The notes under the pieces are model-generated. The model had not been told where the DNA came from and made no database searches. It was given only the letters and a program-made list of their open reading frames with translations. A program made the position numbers and the translations under genes. From the NCBI GenBank assembly GCA_963575745.1, contig CAUYUJ010000259.1, positions 62,001-126,000 of the forward strand: DNA of 64,000 nt, read 5' to 3'. Below, piece after piece: positions 40,470 to 53,289 of the stretch (the first letter of the stretch is position 1; every line of letters begins with the position of its first letter). This DNA comes from Prorocentrum cordatum. Taxonomy: Eukaryota.

Positions 40470-40610
40470 TGTAGTAGTAGTAGTAGTCGCAGTCGTAGTC
40501 GTAGTCGTAGTCGTAGTCGCAGGAGTAGTAGGAGTAGCAGCAGTAGTAGTTGCCGTCGTCGTAGTAGAAGTCGTCGTGGTTGTCGTCGTCGTAGTAGTAG
40601 GGTCAGCAGT
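36136..40610. repeat. Degenerate (GTA)n microsatellite, ~4.5 kb, containing an assembly gap
   Basis: Directly visible; same strand orientation as 3795-10075. Confidence 0.98.
36862..36961. other. Assembly gap (100 N)
   Basis: Run of 100 N. Confidence 1.
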
Positions 40611-42125
40611 ATTAGCAGACGTGTTCGCCGCAACGTGTAGTTGTCGCAGAATGAGGGGGGCGAGGGCAAGAATTGAGATGACGAGGGGGGGTGACGAGGT
40701 GGAGGTGGAGGAGGAGGTGGAGGTCCGGCCAGGCGGCGCTTGCCATGCTCCGCGACCTGGGCCCGCAGGCGCTTCTGCTGGCGTGCCACGAGGGCGTGAG
40801 CGAGTGCGTGGCGCGCGTGCCTTCCTCTCCTCGTCGCTGTCGTCGTCGGCGGCGTCGTTGTCGGCGTCGGCGCCGCCGTCGCCGTCGTGGCGAACGCCGT
40901 CGCCGTCGTCGTCGTCGACGCCGCCGTTGCGAGCGCCGCCGTCGGTTTCGTCGCCATTGCCGCCATCGTCGTCGTCATTTGTGTCGCCGTCGTGGCGAGC
41001 GGCGTCGTCGTTGTGGTGGTCCTCGTCGTCGTCGTCGTAGTTGTTGTCGTCATCGTGGTCGCCGTCGCCGTCGCTGTCGCAGTCGCAGTCGCAGTCGCCG
41101 CCGCCGTCGCCGTCGCCGTCGCAGTCGTCGTTCCTTTCTTCCGCCTCATCTTTCATTTGCCTGGGAAGTGGTGGAAAGAGAAGCATGCTAACCAGAGGCT
41201 GCCCTCAGCGTGGTTGTCAGTTGGAGTTGACGGAGGGCGTTGGAATTTGAGGAGGAGGAGAGGAGAAGGCGGAGGATGAGAACCCGGATAGAGGATCGAT
41301 GTCAGTGGGGTTCCTTTGTTCGAGGGTTCTCGGCTGGACCCGCCATCAAATTTTAGCCAGGACCCCTATGTGCAAACAACGCGCCTCAGATGCTTGGCGT
41401 CAGAGGGTAGTGACTAGACATTGGGACCGTCCTGGCGTCTTGCGTCCGAGGGCCGTTTCTGGACACTGGGGCCGTCCATAGACGGCTCAGGATCAAGTCG
41501 GCTCCACGGAAAGGGTCGAGGGATCCGGTGGCCATTTGCTCTAACAATGTCGAGTCTCGGGGGGGTTGGGAGGCGGAGGAAAGAGGAGGACGAACGCCGT
41601 CGTGTTGGAGGGGCTTGCCGATCTTTGCGCCCTGTAAGCTTCTTTCCTCCAGGGACTGTTGCATCTACGCTGTGCGCGTGCTCTGGCACATCACTTCAAG
41701 ACTTCACGCTTGGAACGTGCTCTTCTGCCTTTCCGCCCTTGGTCTTCCTCCTGTGCCCGCTGTGCCGAAGTAGGCCCCGCTGCATGCCACGGCCGCGACC
41801 AGAAGTCGTTGCGCTCTTCTCCTCGCGGGGCCCGCCCCCGACGGTTTCTTCCTGTCTTATCTCAGGCATCCAGGGGCTGGTGCATTTGGAGGCCCGTGGG
41901 GAACTCCGTGGGGGACTTCGGGTCCCACAGTCCCGTGCGATCAGTGGGAGGCCGCAGTCGTCGGTGGCTTGCCTGCTGGGGCTTCGTGTGTTGGCCTCCT
42001 GGGCGCCCGGCAGTCTTCGGGGGCCTCTCGGGCTATCGCGGAAGTCAGTTGGAGGCCGTTTTGGCAGTCTCGGGGGCCTCCCGTGGATTTTCCAGCAATC
42101 ACATGCCTCCTGGATCCCTCTGGCG

Positions 42126-43188
42126 ATGGCGAAGGCCTTACGGCCGGGGCCGCCGACCCTGAATGGGGAATGACAATGGTGGCGGCCACAACGACGACGA
42201 CGCTGACGTGGGTCAGAGTCCTCATGGATGCTTTTTGGGGTCTCTTCGAAGCGCTCGCTCTCGGTGGCCTCTGGGGGATAGTTTGGGGGCCTCTTGGAAG
42301 CCTTTTGGGGGCCTCTCGGGGCTTCTTGAGGGTCTCTTGCGGGCCTTCTGATTCCTGCTGGGAGCCTCTGGGTGCCGGGCTCGAAATGTCCGTTCTGGTC
42401 CCTCATTTGGGTACCCTCTTGGAGCCGTCTTGGGGGCCTCTTGTGTCGTCTTGGAGGCGTCTGGGGCCGTCTTGGCGCTCTTTTTGGCTGTTTTGTGTCC
42501 CTCCTGGACCCCTCTTGGGCCGTTTTGGGGCGATCTGGGGGGCCCCTTGGGCCGTCTTGGAAGATCGGGAAGCGGAAGAGGCGAGAACACCGACAATTTT
42601 AAGAACTGAAGGAAAATCTGTGATTTTTCCTCTTGGTGCCCTCTTGGGAGTGCTCCTGAAGGCCTCTTGGAGCGTCGTGCAGTGCTCTTGGGCCGTCTGG
42701 AGACCGTCAAGGCGTCTCTGACAGATCGTTCGGCGATGCGTGGCCCTCGTGGACCGTCTTTGGGGCCTCTTGGGGCACTCTTGGCCCGTCTTGGGGCTCT
42801 TTTGGGCGACGGCCCCCCCCCTCCCGGGACCCGGGACCCCGGACCCCCTGCCGGGACCCCCTGGGGGTAGTCGTATCTGACCCAGGACCCCCCCCCTTCC
42901 CGGCGGGGGAGGGATCAAAGGGAAGGGACTTCCCGTCGAGTCAATTGCGACGTTGCTCACTTTCGCTTTGGCTGGTGCGCTCGATGAGGAGGGCCTGGGG
43001 AAGAGGGGGGAGCGACGATGGGCCCAGCGATTGAGGAGGAGGGTGCAGGGAAAGGGGCGTTGAGCGGCGACGGGCCCAGGGAACGGGAGGGCGCAGGGAA
43101 GGGTGACGACAGAGTCGATGACTAACGGTTGACGGAGACGACGACTCCAACGAACGAGCCCCTCACACGCGCCAACAGTGTCGGCGGA
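42126..43188 (-). mobile_element. Non-autonomous Helentron/HINE-like element (~1.06 kb)
   Basis: Left end: hairpin GGCC-TTAC-GGCC (42134-42145) then CCGCCGAC (42150-42157). Right end: CACGCGCC...GTCGGCGG-AT (43180-43189), the inverted partner. CCTCTTGGG-rich body. The left boundary is approximate. Confidence 0.65.
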
Positions 43189-43324
43189 TTAGTTTTCAGT
43201 TTTCTTGGTGACGTCTTCGAGATCTAACAGGCCATGTGGATTCTTGGAAACAGTAGGGAGGCCATGCTCAGAACCCATGTGTTCCTTTCGAGGCCATCTG
43301 GGACGCCCCACAGGGGCAATTGTT

Positions 43325-43620
43325 CGGTGGTACATCGTCTACGTACCGAATCCATAATATCAGTTTCTTTTCACATCGTCCGCGTCATCTGTCTCACAGG
43401 GGAAATATGAAGCCTTTTGGCATAGAATTCCACCGAAGCTGAGATCAAGAGGAGGGGACAGGATCGCACGGACTAGAGAGAGCAGCTTGTCACTACCCGC
43501 CACAGGGCTGGTGGAATTGACATCCCTCTTAGTTGAAATCGATGCTCTCGCCCTTGCGCCAACCAGATTCCTACTTGCACGAGATTGTCCTTCAATCGGG
43601 TCACCAGCGGCATCCAGGAA
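43325..43620 (-). pseudogene. Reverse transcriptase fragment (Penelope-like)
   Basis: The minus strand at 43354-43331 reads WIRYVDDV (YxDD catalytic motif), downstream of a FQLRGMSI segment that resembles the QxxG motif. Stops and frameshifts are present. Confidence 0.4.
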
Positions 43621-43706
43621 ATCCGCGCGGACCTTGGAAAGTTGATGTTCCTGCAGTTTTTATGTTCCTCTAACTTCACCCTTATCCCAGGCTGGTAATG
43701 CTGCTG

Positions 43707-43728
43707 TCTGTACTCATCTTGGCTCGGG
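43707..43728 (+). other. Degenerate relic dinoflagellate spliced leader
   Basis: TCTGTACTCATCTTGGCTCGGG matches DCCGTAGCCATTTTGGCTCAAG at 16/22 ungapped positions and ends 37 nt before the ATG at 43766. Confidence 0.5.
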
Positions 43729-43765
43729 CTGCTGAAAGGGCTGGCCGGCGTCTCGAGTGCAGCAG

Positions 43766-44899
43766 ATGCGGTCCTTGCGAGGTGTATTTGGCAACACTTG
43801 GTTAGTCCTGCCGATTTTGGGTGCGGTCTTGATTGGTGGCACCGTCTACCCGAGCTTGTATGCCCAGCGCGCCAGTGCCACTTCGCAGTATGTGGCCGCT
43901 ATACCTGGTTCTCTGGGAACGTTGGGGTCCGTTGGTTCGAACTCACTTCCGATCCAAACGTTGGAGAACGTCGGGATATTGAACATTGGGAGTGTCGGAA
44001 GACTGAACTTGGCTGGGTCCCCCAACGAGGTAAACGTGACCAAGTCTCCGAAAGGGACAGACGCTGCTAGTTCTCCCAACCATGGAGACGTGGATAAAGA
44101 CAAGGTGGAAGAGGCGAATGCTGACGTGGCTAGGTCTTCCAACGAGGTAAGCGTGACCAAGTCTCCCAACAAGAAAGAATCGGCTACTTCTCCCAACCAT
44201 GGAGACGTGGATGAAAACAATGCGGAACGGGCGAATGATGACTTGGTCAGGTATTTTAACGAGAAGCGCGTGGCTATGTTTCCCAATGAGGAAGATATGT
44301 TTTGTTTTGAGGGGCAATGTTCGTTGCGCCTTGATCGCGAGAGCGCGGAGTTCCCAAACTTTTTTCTTGGTGTCGGTCCTGGGAGATCTGGAAGCACTAG
44401 CCTTATTTCCGCACTGAGAGATCATCCAAGTGTGATTGTAGGCGACGCACGAAATCATCCGACCCAGAAGTGCTGCTACTACGAGCTGTACATACTGGAC
44501 AAGGTGAGGGAGTGTGCGAAAGGTCAGAGCGCGTACGTGGATTTCTTCACCAGCGACACGAAATCAAAAAGGAAAACCCATTGGTTCGGGGAGAAAACTC
44601 CCATGTACTCGTCGCACCGGCTGGTCCCCTTCCGGGCGAGGGCCATGTTTGGCCCCTCGCTCAAGTTGTTTCTCACCTGGCGCAATCCAGCCCAGATCTT
44701 CGCGTCGCGGTATCTTCAATTGTATGAAGAGTCGAGGGCAACTTTGAAGGATGCAAATTTTAGGCAGTGGGCGGATCGTCACTTGGACACTTTCAGGGGA
44801 ATTGCACAGTGCCGCAAGGACCTGCTGCAGAAGTTTAGTTTGACGGAGCGGATGATTTACGATTCGACGTTTACCATTCATGCGACAGCCGCAATGGAA
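43766..44899 (+). CDS. PAPS-dependent sulfotransferase (heparan-sulfate 3-O-sulfotransferase-like, type II membrane), 5' part/exon 1
   Basis: N-terminal hydrophobic anchor WLVLPILGAVLIGGTVY; 5'-PSB motif FPNFFLGVGPGRSGSTSL...HP; FGEKTPMY; 3'-PB motif LKLFLTWRNPAQIFASRY. Confidence 0.88.
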
Positions 44900-45695
44900 G
44901 ATTCTATAGGCTTACGCCACATCCGCCGACCCCTATAAACTACTGCGTTTCCAGGACTGCATTTCACGAGGCTTGTCCGAATCATGACACGGCGCTCGAC
45001 ATCGTTCCTGTTGCTTCGTTGCTGTCATCGTATCTCTTGGTGCTCTTTTGCGGCCTTTTGGTGGCATCTTGGCCTGTCTGCAGGCCATATCCGGCCGCCT
45101 CGAGGCATCTTGGGCCAAGTTTTGGGGCCTCTTGGGGGCTTCCTGGGGGCTTCTTGGAGGCCTTTGAGGTTCTCTTGGGGGTCCCTCAGGGCCTCTTGGG
45201 TTGTTCTTGGAGCGCTGGGGGCGTCCTCGGGCCGAAGGCTCGAAACGGTGCCCTGTGGGCTCCGTCTTGGAGCCGTCTTGAGCGCCTCTTGTGCCGTCTT
45301 GAGCGCCTCTTGGGCTGTGTTGGCAACCTCTTGGGCCTTTGTGGGGACCTCTTGGGCGCTTCTTGGGCCGTCTTGGGGCGGTCTTGTGGTCTTGTGAGCT
45401 TCTGGAGCCGTTGTCGACGCCGTGAAAGCTCAAAGACCGTGTATATATATATATATACATATCAAAAAGGTGCGTTTTCCCATCGGAAATGGATGAGTTT
45501 TGCTTGTTGGGGACCTCTTGGGGCGCCTCTTAGTCGCATATTAAAGCCTTGTGGACGCGTCTGGGACCGTCTTGGAGGCGTCTGAGATCGTCTGAATGCC
45601 ATCTGGGGCGTCTTGGCTCGATCTGTCGGCGACTCGGAGCTTTCTTGGACCGTCTCGGGGGCCCGCTGTCGACGCCGTGAAAGCTATACATATAT

Positions 45696-45730
<35 letters not shown>

Positions 45731-45733
<3 letters not shown>

Positions 45734-46091
45734 GAGGTTGGGGGGTGAGATCGAAGTGGAACGGAGAGCCCCCCTACCGGGAAATCGATTTCGGTTTCGT
45801 GTTCGTGCGTGCCGTGCGGGCGAGGCGAAGCTGCGTGGGCGGGTGAGAGAAAGTCTCCTGTGGCTGAGGTGCGGCCGGACCAAATGACTTCCTTCCGGGC
45901 GGCCGGGGCCCCGCGGTGTCCCGCCGGTGTCCCGCTGGTGTCCCGTGGCTGAGGCGCAGCCGGACCAAATGATTCCCTTCCGGGCGGCCGGGGCCCCGCG
46001 GTGTCCCGCCGGTGTCCCGCGGTGTCCCGCGGTGTCCCGCGGTGTCCCGCCGGTGTCCCGCGGTGTCCCGCGAGGATGATGATGATGATGA

Positions 46092-46166
<75 letters not shown>

Positions 46167-46318
46167 GATGATGATGATGAGATGATGATGATGATGGTGT
46201 CCCGATGAAGATGATGATGATGTTGATGATGGTGTCGATGATAATGATAGTGTCCCGATGATGAGGATGATGATGCTCATGATGGTTATGTTGATGATGA
46301 TGACGATGATGGTGTCCC

Positions 46319-46361
<43 letters not shown>

Positions 46362-47227
46362 CCGATGATGTTGGTGATGATGATGTTGATGGAACTGGTG
46401 TCCCGGCGATAATGATGTTGATATGATGATGTTGATGATGATTATGGTGTCCCGATGATGATGCTGATGATGATGATGGTGATGCTGATGGTGTCTCGAT
46501 GATGATAATAATGATAATGACAATGTTGATGATGATGTTGCTCATGATGATGATGGTGCCCCAATGATGATGATGTTGATGATTCTGATGACGATGATGA
46601 TGCGATGTTCATGATGATGATGGTGCCCCGAAGGTGATGACGATGTTGATGATAATGTTGTTGATGCGAACGATGGTGATCATGATGGTGTCCTGATTAT
46701 GATGATGATTATGATGATGCTGCTGCTGATGATGATGATGATGACGATGACTGTGTCCCGATGATGATGATGATCATGATGAAGATGATGATGTCGATGA
46801 TGAGATGATGATGGTGATGATGATGATGATGTTGTCCCGATGATGATGCTGACGTTGATGATGATGTTTATGATGATGATGACGGTGCCCTCATGATGAT
46901 GACGATGTTGGTGATGATGTTGATGATGATGATGTTGATGATGGTGATGATGATGATGATGATGATGACGTTGATTGTGAGAGCGATTGTGATATCGATA
47001 GTGAGATCGATATTGAAACCGAATGTGAGATCGATTGTGTGATCGATTGTGAGATCGATTGTGAGATCAATTGTGAGATCGATCGAATGAGATATATTGA
47101 GATCGATTGTGAGATCGATCGAGTGAGATCGATCGAGCGAGACCGATAGTGAGATCGATACTGAGATCGATAGTGAGACCGATCGAGTGAGACGTTGGTT
47201 CCCTTATCACCCGAAGGGTGGTCGTAT

Positions 47228-47265
<38 letters not shown>

Positions 47266-47634
47266 GAGGTTGGGGGGTGAGATCGAAGTGGAACGGAGAG
47301 CCCCCCTACCGGGAAATCGATTTCGGTTTCGTGTTCGTGCGTGCCGTGCGGGCGAGGCGAAGCTGCGTGGGCGGGCGAGAGAGAGTCTCCTGTGGCTGAG
47401 GCGCGGCCGGACCCAATGATTCCCTTCCGGGCGGCCGGGGCCCCGCGGTGTCCCGCCGGTGTCCCGCTGGTGTCCCGTGTGGCTGAGGCGCGGCCGGACC
47501 AAATGATTCCCTTCCGGGCGGCCGGGGCCCCGCGGTGTCCCGCCGGTGTCCCGCGGTGTCCCGCGGTGTCCCGCGGTGTCCCGCAGTGTCCCGCGGTGTC
47601 CCGCCGGTGTCCTGTCCCGCGAGGATGATGATGA

Positions 47635-47690
<56 letters not shown>

Positions 47691-47939
47691 GATGACGATG
47701 ACGGTGTCCCGATGAAGATGATGATGTTGATGATGGTGTCGATGATACTGATAGTGTCCCGATGATGAGGATGATGATGCTCATGATGATTATGTTTATG
47801 ATGATGACGATGATGGTGTCCCGATGATGATGATGATTCCGATGATGTTGGTGATGATGATGTTGATGGAACTGGTGTCCCGGCGATGATGATGTTGATG
47901 ATGATGTTGATGATGATTATGGTGTCCCCATGACGATGC

Positions 47940-47970
<31 letters not shown>

Positions 47971-48688
47971 GATGGTGATGCTGATGGTGTCTCGATGATG
48001 ATAGCAATGATAATGACGATGCTGATGATGATGCTGCTCATGATGATGATGGTGCCCCAATGATGATGTTGTTGATGATGATGCGATGATCATGATGATG
48101 ATGTTGCCCCGAGGATGATGACGATGTTGATGATGATGTTGCTGATGAGAACGATGGTGATCATGATGGTGTCCCGATTATGATGATGATTATGATGATG
48201 CTGCTGGTGATGATGACGATGACTGTGCCCCGATGATGATGATGTTGATGTTGATGATGAGATGATGATGGTGATGGTGATGATGATGTTGTTCCGATGA
48301 TGGTGCTGACGTTGATGATGATGCTTATGATGATGATGACTGTGCCCTCATGATGATGACGATGTTGGTGATGATGTTGATGTTGATGATATTGATGATG
48401 ATGATGATGAGGATGACGTTGATTGTGAAAGCGGTTGTGATATCGATAGTGAGATCGATATTGAGACCGAATGTGCGATCGATTGTGTGATCGATTGTGA
48501 GATCGATTGTGAGATCAATCGTGAGATCGATCGAATGAGATAGATCGAGTGAGATCGATCAAGTGAGATCGATCGAGCGAGACCGATAGTGAGATCGATA
48601 CTGAGATCGATAGTGAGACCGATTGAGTGAGACGTTGGTTCCCCCCCCCCCCCCCGAACCCTTATCACCCGAAGGGTGGTCGTATAGG
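45731..48688 (+). repeat. Two direct copies (45731-47230 and 47263-48688) of a ~1.5-kb element containing (GGTGTCCCGC)n, (GAT)n and (GAGATCGATTGT)n blocks
   Basis: Both copies start TCGGAGGTTGGGGGGTGAGATCGAAG after (TA)n and end CCCTTATCACCCGAAGGGTGGTCGTATAGG. Confidence 0.85.
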
Positions 48689-48889
48689 TATACACGTGGC
48701 ACGTGTGTGCCCAGGCTCATACAACAAACTGAAGGGGCGTTTGGAGCAGGAGTGAAATGCAACATCGAAGTCGCACTCGAGCGCAAGTGGGGTTGCCACA
48801 CCTTGCGATGTGTGTACCAGGGCCCCCAGGAAGCCTTAGGAGGCCTGGCTTGGATACCAGAAGAGGCTCCAGGAGGCCCCAGGATTGTG

Positions 48890-51240
48890 AGTGTTATTGT
48901 TTTTTCCCTGTCGCGCTGGCCTCTACAGCATGTTTCCCATTGAGGGCCTCCACAAAAAGGATTACGTACGATTGAGAGCCTTCACAAAAGGATTCCTGGT
49001 GAGAGCCTCCACAAAAGGAGTCCTATTGAGAGCCTCTACAAAAGGATTCCTGGTGAGAGCCTCTGCAAAAAGGATTCCTATTGAGTGCCTCTACAAAAGG
49101 ATTTCTATTGAGGGCCTCTACATAACGATTCCTATTGGAAGCCTCTACAGCGTGATTCCTACTGAGAGCCCCAACAAAAAGGATTCCGAATCAAAGCCAA
49201 TACAAAACGACTCCTATTGAAACCCAAAACGTATGGATTCCTATTGAAAGCTTGTGCAAGAAGAATGTTGCTGACAGCCTCGGCAAAATGATTCCTATTC
49301 AGAGCCTCTACGAAAAGGATTCCTATCGGAAGCCTTTACAACAACATTCCTATTGAAAGCGTTTGCGGAAGGTTTCCGATTGAGAGCCTCTACGAAACGG
49401 ACTCGTATTGAAAACCAATACAAAATGATTAGTATTGTAACGCAGTGCACATGGCTTCTTATTGAGAGCCTCTACAACCTGCTTCCTATTGAGAGCCTCT
49501 ATAACAAGAATTCCTGTTGAATTCCCCGACACAATGGATGCTTCATTGAGACCCGATACACATGGAATTCTTTTGGGAGCCTGTGCAAAAGGCTTCCTGT
49601 TGCGAGTTTCGACGAAAGGATCCGGTTGAAAGCCTTTTACAAAAGGATCCCCATTGAAACCCAATGCACATGTATTCCTATTGGGAGCCTGTGCAAAGGA
49701 TTCCTGCTGAGAGCCTCCACGCAAAAATCCCATTGAGAGCCTCTACAACAAGGATTCCTATTCAGAACCTCTGCGAACAAGGATTTTTTCGAAAGCCTTT
49801 TACAAACATATTCCCATTGAGAGCCTCTACAAGAATGATTCCTATTGAAAGCCAGTGCATAATGAATACTACTGGAAGTCAATACACATGGTTTCCTGTT
49901 GAAAGCCTGTGCAAAAGTATTCCTGTTCAGACCCTCCACGACAAGATTCCCATTGAGAGTCTCTTCGAAATGATTCCTGTTGAAAACCTCTACACAAGGA
50001 TTCCGAACCAGAGGTTCTTACGAAAAAGATTCCTATTGAACGCCCAAACCAAAGGATTATTATCGAAACGCGATACAAATGACTTCCTACTGAAAGCCTG
50101 TGCAAAACCATTCATGTTGACAGCCTCAACGAAAACATTATCATGGAGAGCCTCTTCATAAGGATTCCTACTGAGAGCCCCCCAAAAAGGAATCCTAGTG
50201 AGAGCCTCTGCAACATCATTCCTAGCGAGAGCCTTTACAACACGATTCCTATTAAGAGCCTCTACAAAAAGATTCCTATGGAGAGCCTCCACAAGAAAAT
50301 CCCAGTGAGAGCCAATACAAACATGATCCCGACTGAAACACAAGACCACTGCATTACTATTGAGATCCGGTGCAAAATGATTCCTGTTGAGAGCCTCCAC
50401 AAAAGGATTCTCATTGAGAGCCTCTACAAAAGGATTCCTATTGAGAGCCTCTTCGCAACGATTCCTATTGAAAGCCTCTACACAAGGATTCCTAGTGAGA
50501 GCCTGTGCAAAAAGTATTCCTATTGAAAGCTAATGCAACACGAGTATGATCGAAACGCAATACAACTTGCTTCCTATTGAGAGCCTGTGCAAAAGGATTC
50601 CTGTTGAGAGCCTGTGCGCAATGGGTTCCTTTTGGGAGCCTGTTCAAACGGATCCCTTTCTCAGCGCGTTCAGTTTCTCATCCTCAGCAGTCCTGCTCAT
50701 CATCATCATCGTCATCGTCATCATCAGCATCATCATCTTCGTCATCATCATCATCGTCATCATCATTCTCGCCATCATCGTCGGGATCGCACTCGTCTTA
50801 TCTAGCTCCTCTTCCCCCTCGATCATATTATCGAGTTTTTCACTCTCCTGATCCCTTTCCTCCTCATCCTCATTCCCCTCCTGAGGGTGCACAGGGACGG
50901 GGATCCAGCGCGAGAGAATATTAAAAAGCGTGCCGCCCTCAGCCCGAGGTTGCAGTGCCCCGCCGCCGCCCTCAGCCCGAGGTTGCACGGCCCCGCTGAT
51001 GGATGGATGGATGGCACGCTCATCAAGGCAGCGACTGAAAGCAAGCTTGCAAGCGAGAGAAAATATTACGTCGATCAGTAAATCGTTTTGTCCTTGCCGC
51101 CCAAGGAGAGGAGCAGCTGACGGGACAGGCCCCAACGCACCCCGCTGAAGGAGGATAAAAGGATGAGGCAGTGCGACGGAGAACATGGAGCAGATGAGGG
51201 AGGGGATACTATGCACGACCATGTGCGGGGGGGGGGGCAA
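48890..51240 (+). repeat. ~30-bp satellite (GATTCCTATTGAGAGCCTCTACAAAAG) plus a unique tail, copy 1
   Basis: Many tandem units; the block and its tail (50560-51240) recur at 53290-54715. Confidence 0.88.
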
Positions 51241-51537
51241 GTGTATATATATATATATATATATATATCAAAAAGGTGCGTTTTCCCATGGGAAATAAAT
51301 GAGCTTGGCTCGTTGGGGACCTCTTGGGGCGCCTCTTGGCCGCGTATTAAAGCCTTGTGGGCGCGTCTGGGACCGTCTTGGAGGCATCTGAGATCGTATG
51401 AATGTCATCTGGGGCGTCTTGGCTCGATCTTTCGGCGACTCGGGGCGTTCTTGGGCCGTCTCGGGGGCCCGCTGCCGACGCCGTGGGATCTCATGTGCCG
51501 TGTGTGTGTGTGCGTGTGTGTGCGTGTGTGTGTGTAT

Positions 51538-52572
51538 ATTGCAGTGGCCTTTGGCCAGCGCCGCCGATCCGGGGCGCTCGGTGTTATTCTCCAGACGCAG
51601 ACATTATGGGCGCACATTCAACCGCGCAAACTTCTCGGGCTACATGCGAAAGGACGTAGGAATGCAGTTGGGTCAATAGAGCCATATCGCAACAGTGGTT
51701 CTATCAACGGCGGGGCGCTGGCAGTGACCGTGGGGGCGGGGAATGATAATGCCATGCAAATTCCATACAGGATGCCGATCATTATGGAAACTCACGATAC
51801 GTCTTGCGCGGAGTTTTGTTACGAAACATGTGGCCTGGGCGATGTGGTGCGAGCGGTGGAGGCGAGCCTATCGGCGCAAAGGCGCCCTCGTGGGGCGTTT
51901 TTTTGAGCCATCTTAGGAGCTCGTCAGGGCGTCGTGGGGGCTTCTTGGGGGCTTTCGGAGGCCCTATTGGAGGCTCTTGGGGCCTCCTGGGGGCCTCGCG
52001 GGCTGGAAGGTTAGATTTTTTTTCGCTGTTCGTCCCTCTTTTGGGTCCTCTTGGGGCCGTCTTGGGGGCCTGTTGGGGCCGTTTTGGGGTTGTCTGGGGG
52101 CTTTCTGGCCCGTCTTCGAGCGGTCTTGGGGGCCTCTTGGGCCGTCTTGGAGCGCCGGAAAGCAGCAAAAAAACGACGACCCCAAAACATTTTAAAAGAA
52201 ACCAGTGGGAATCAACAGTTTTTGCTTCTGGGGGCCATCGTGGGAGGCCTCTTGGAGGCCTCTTCAGACGTCTTGGCAGGCTCTTGGGCCGGCTTGGGGC
52301 CATCCTGGGCGTGTCCGGGCGATCCTTCGGGGCCTCGGGACTTTCTTAGACCACCTTCAGAGACTTTTGCGGCCGCGGCCACCCTTCCAGCGCACCCTCG
52401 AGAGTAGAGCCTTCTGTAAACGCAGCGCCCCGCATCCGCCGGAAACTCGCACCCCCCCCCCCCCATCCCCCCTTCCCCGGCAGAGCCACCCCGGCACTCC
52501 CCCCCCAGAGGCTGAGGCTCAGCCTCGAGGCCGTAGCTGAGACTCCTTGAAACTCACGCGCCGGATTGGCGG

Positions 52573-52573
<1 letters not shown>
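51538..52573 (-). mobile_element. Non-autonomous Helentron/HINE-like element nested in a (TG)/(TA) tract
   Basis: Left end: ATTGCAGT-GGCC-TTT-GGCC then CCGCCGATCCGG (51561-51572). Right end: CACGCG-CCGGATTGGCGG-AT (52561-52574), an 11/12 inverted match. Confidence 0.7.
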
Positions 52574-52606
<33 letters not shown>

Positions 52607-53289
52607 ATATATATATGGTAGCCCCCCACATGATCATACATGTTTTTCTTATTATGTTTATTATTGCTCGGCGTCGCTCCTCCTCCTCCTCCTCCTCCTC
52701 CAAATCCCCCTCCTCCCCCTCCTCTTCGAACGCCTTCGAAGAATTGCGAGAAATCATCGGCATTGCGGAAAACAGCAAACACCCTTGGAGAAAAACAAAA
52801 AAAATCAAAAAAAAAAAAAACAAAAAAAAAAAGCCAAACAAAACTAAACAACATTATGATTTCGGGAGAACCTTGCCCCCCCCCCCCAACCCCAGAATCT
52901 CCCAGGTTTTTTTTTTTTTTTGGGGGGGGGGGGGTTTATTTCAAGCGTTTTCGCTGACTCCTCCACCCCACTCCGCCTCCCCCCCCCTCCCCCTCCTCGG
53001 CCTTCTCCCCCCTCCTCCTCCCCCCCTCCCCCTTCCCCCCCCCTCCTCTCCCTCCTCCCCCTCCTCCCCCTCCTGGCCCTCCTCCTCCTCCTCGGTCCTC
53101 TCCTGTCGCAGTTACTGTTTTGCTGTGCTTTCTGAACGGCGTTCTGTTTCATCGCGCAAGCCCTTTCGGGTGGGTGGTCGGCATCGACCGTTTCGCGGGC
53201 AAGACGGCTTGCAAGACGGCTTTTTCGCTTTCCAGTCTTAAGGCTTTGGTGTCTTTGGTTTGGTTTGTATTTCCTTGTGAGTGTTCTTG

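Noticed and set aside
41400..41700. Possible LINE C-terminal zinc-knuckle remnant (RLHGKG...EEDERRRVGGAC)
   Set aside because: The key Cys/His residues are missing; too degenerate to call.
44900..44938. C-terminus DSIGLRHIRRPL* of ORF 43757..44938
   Set aside because: Read-through into the inserted element's end; the real C-terminal domain lies at 58767-59147.
48920..50640. ~30-bp repeats resembling a CRISPR array
   Set aside because: The units are head-to-tail and degenerate, with no unique spacers and no cas genes; this is a satellite.
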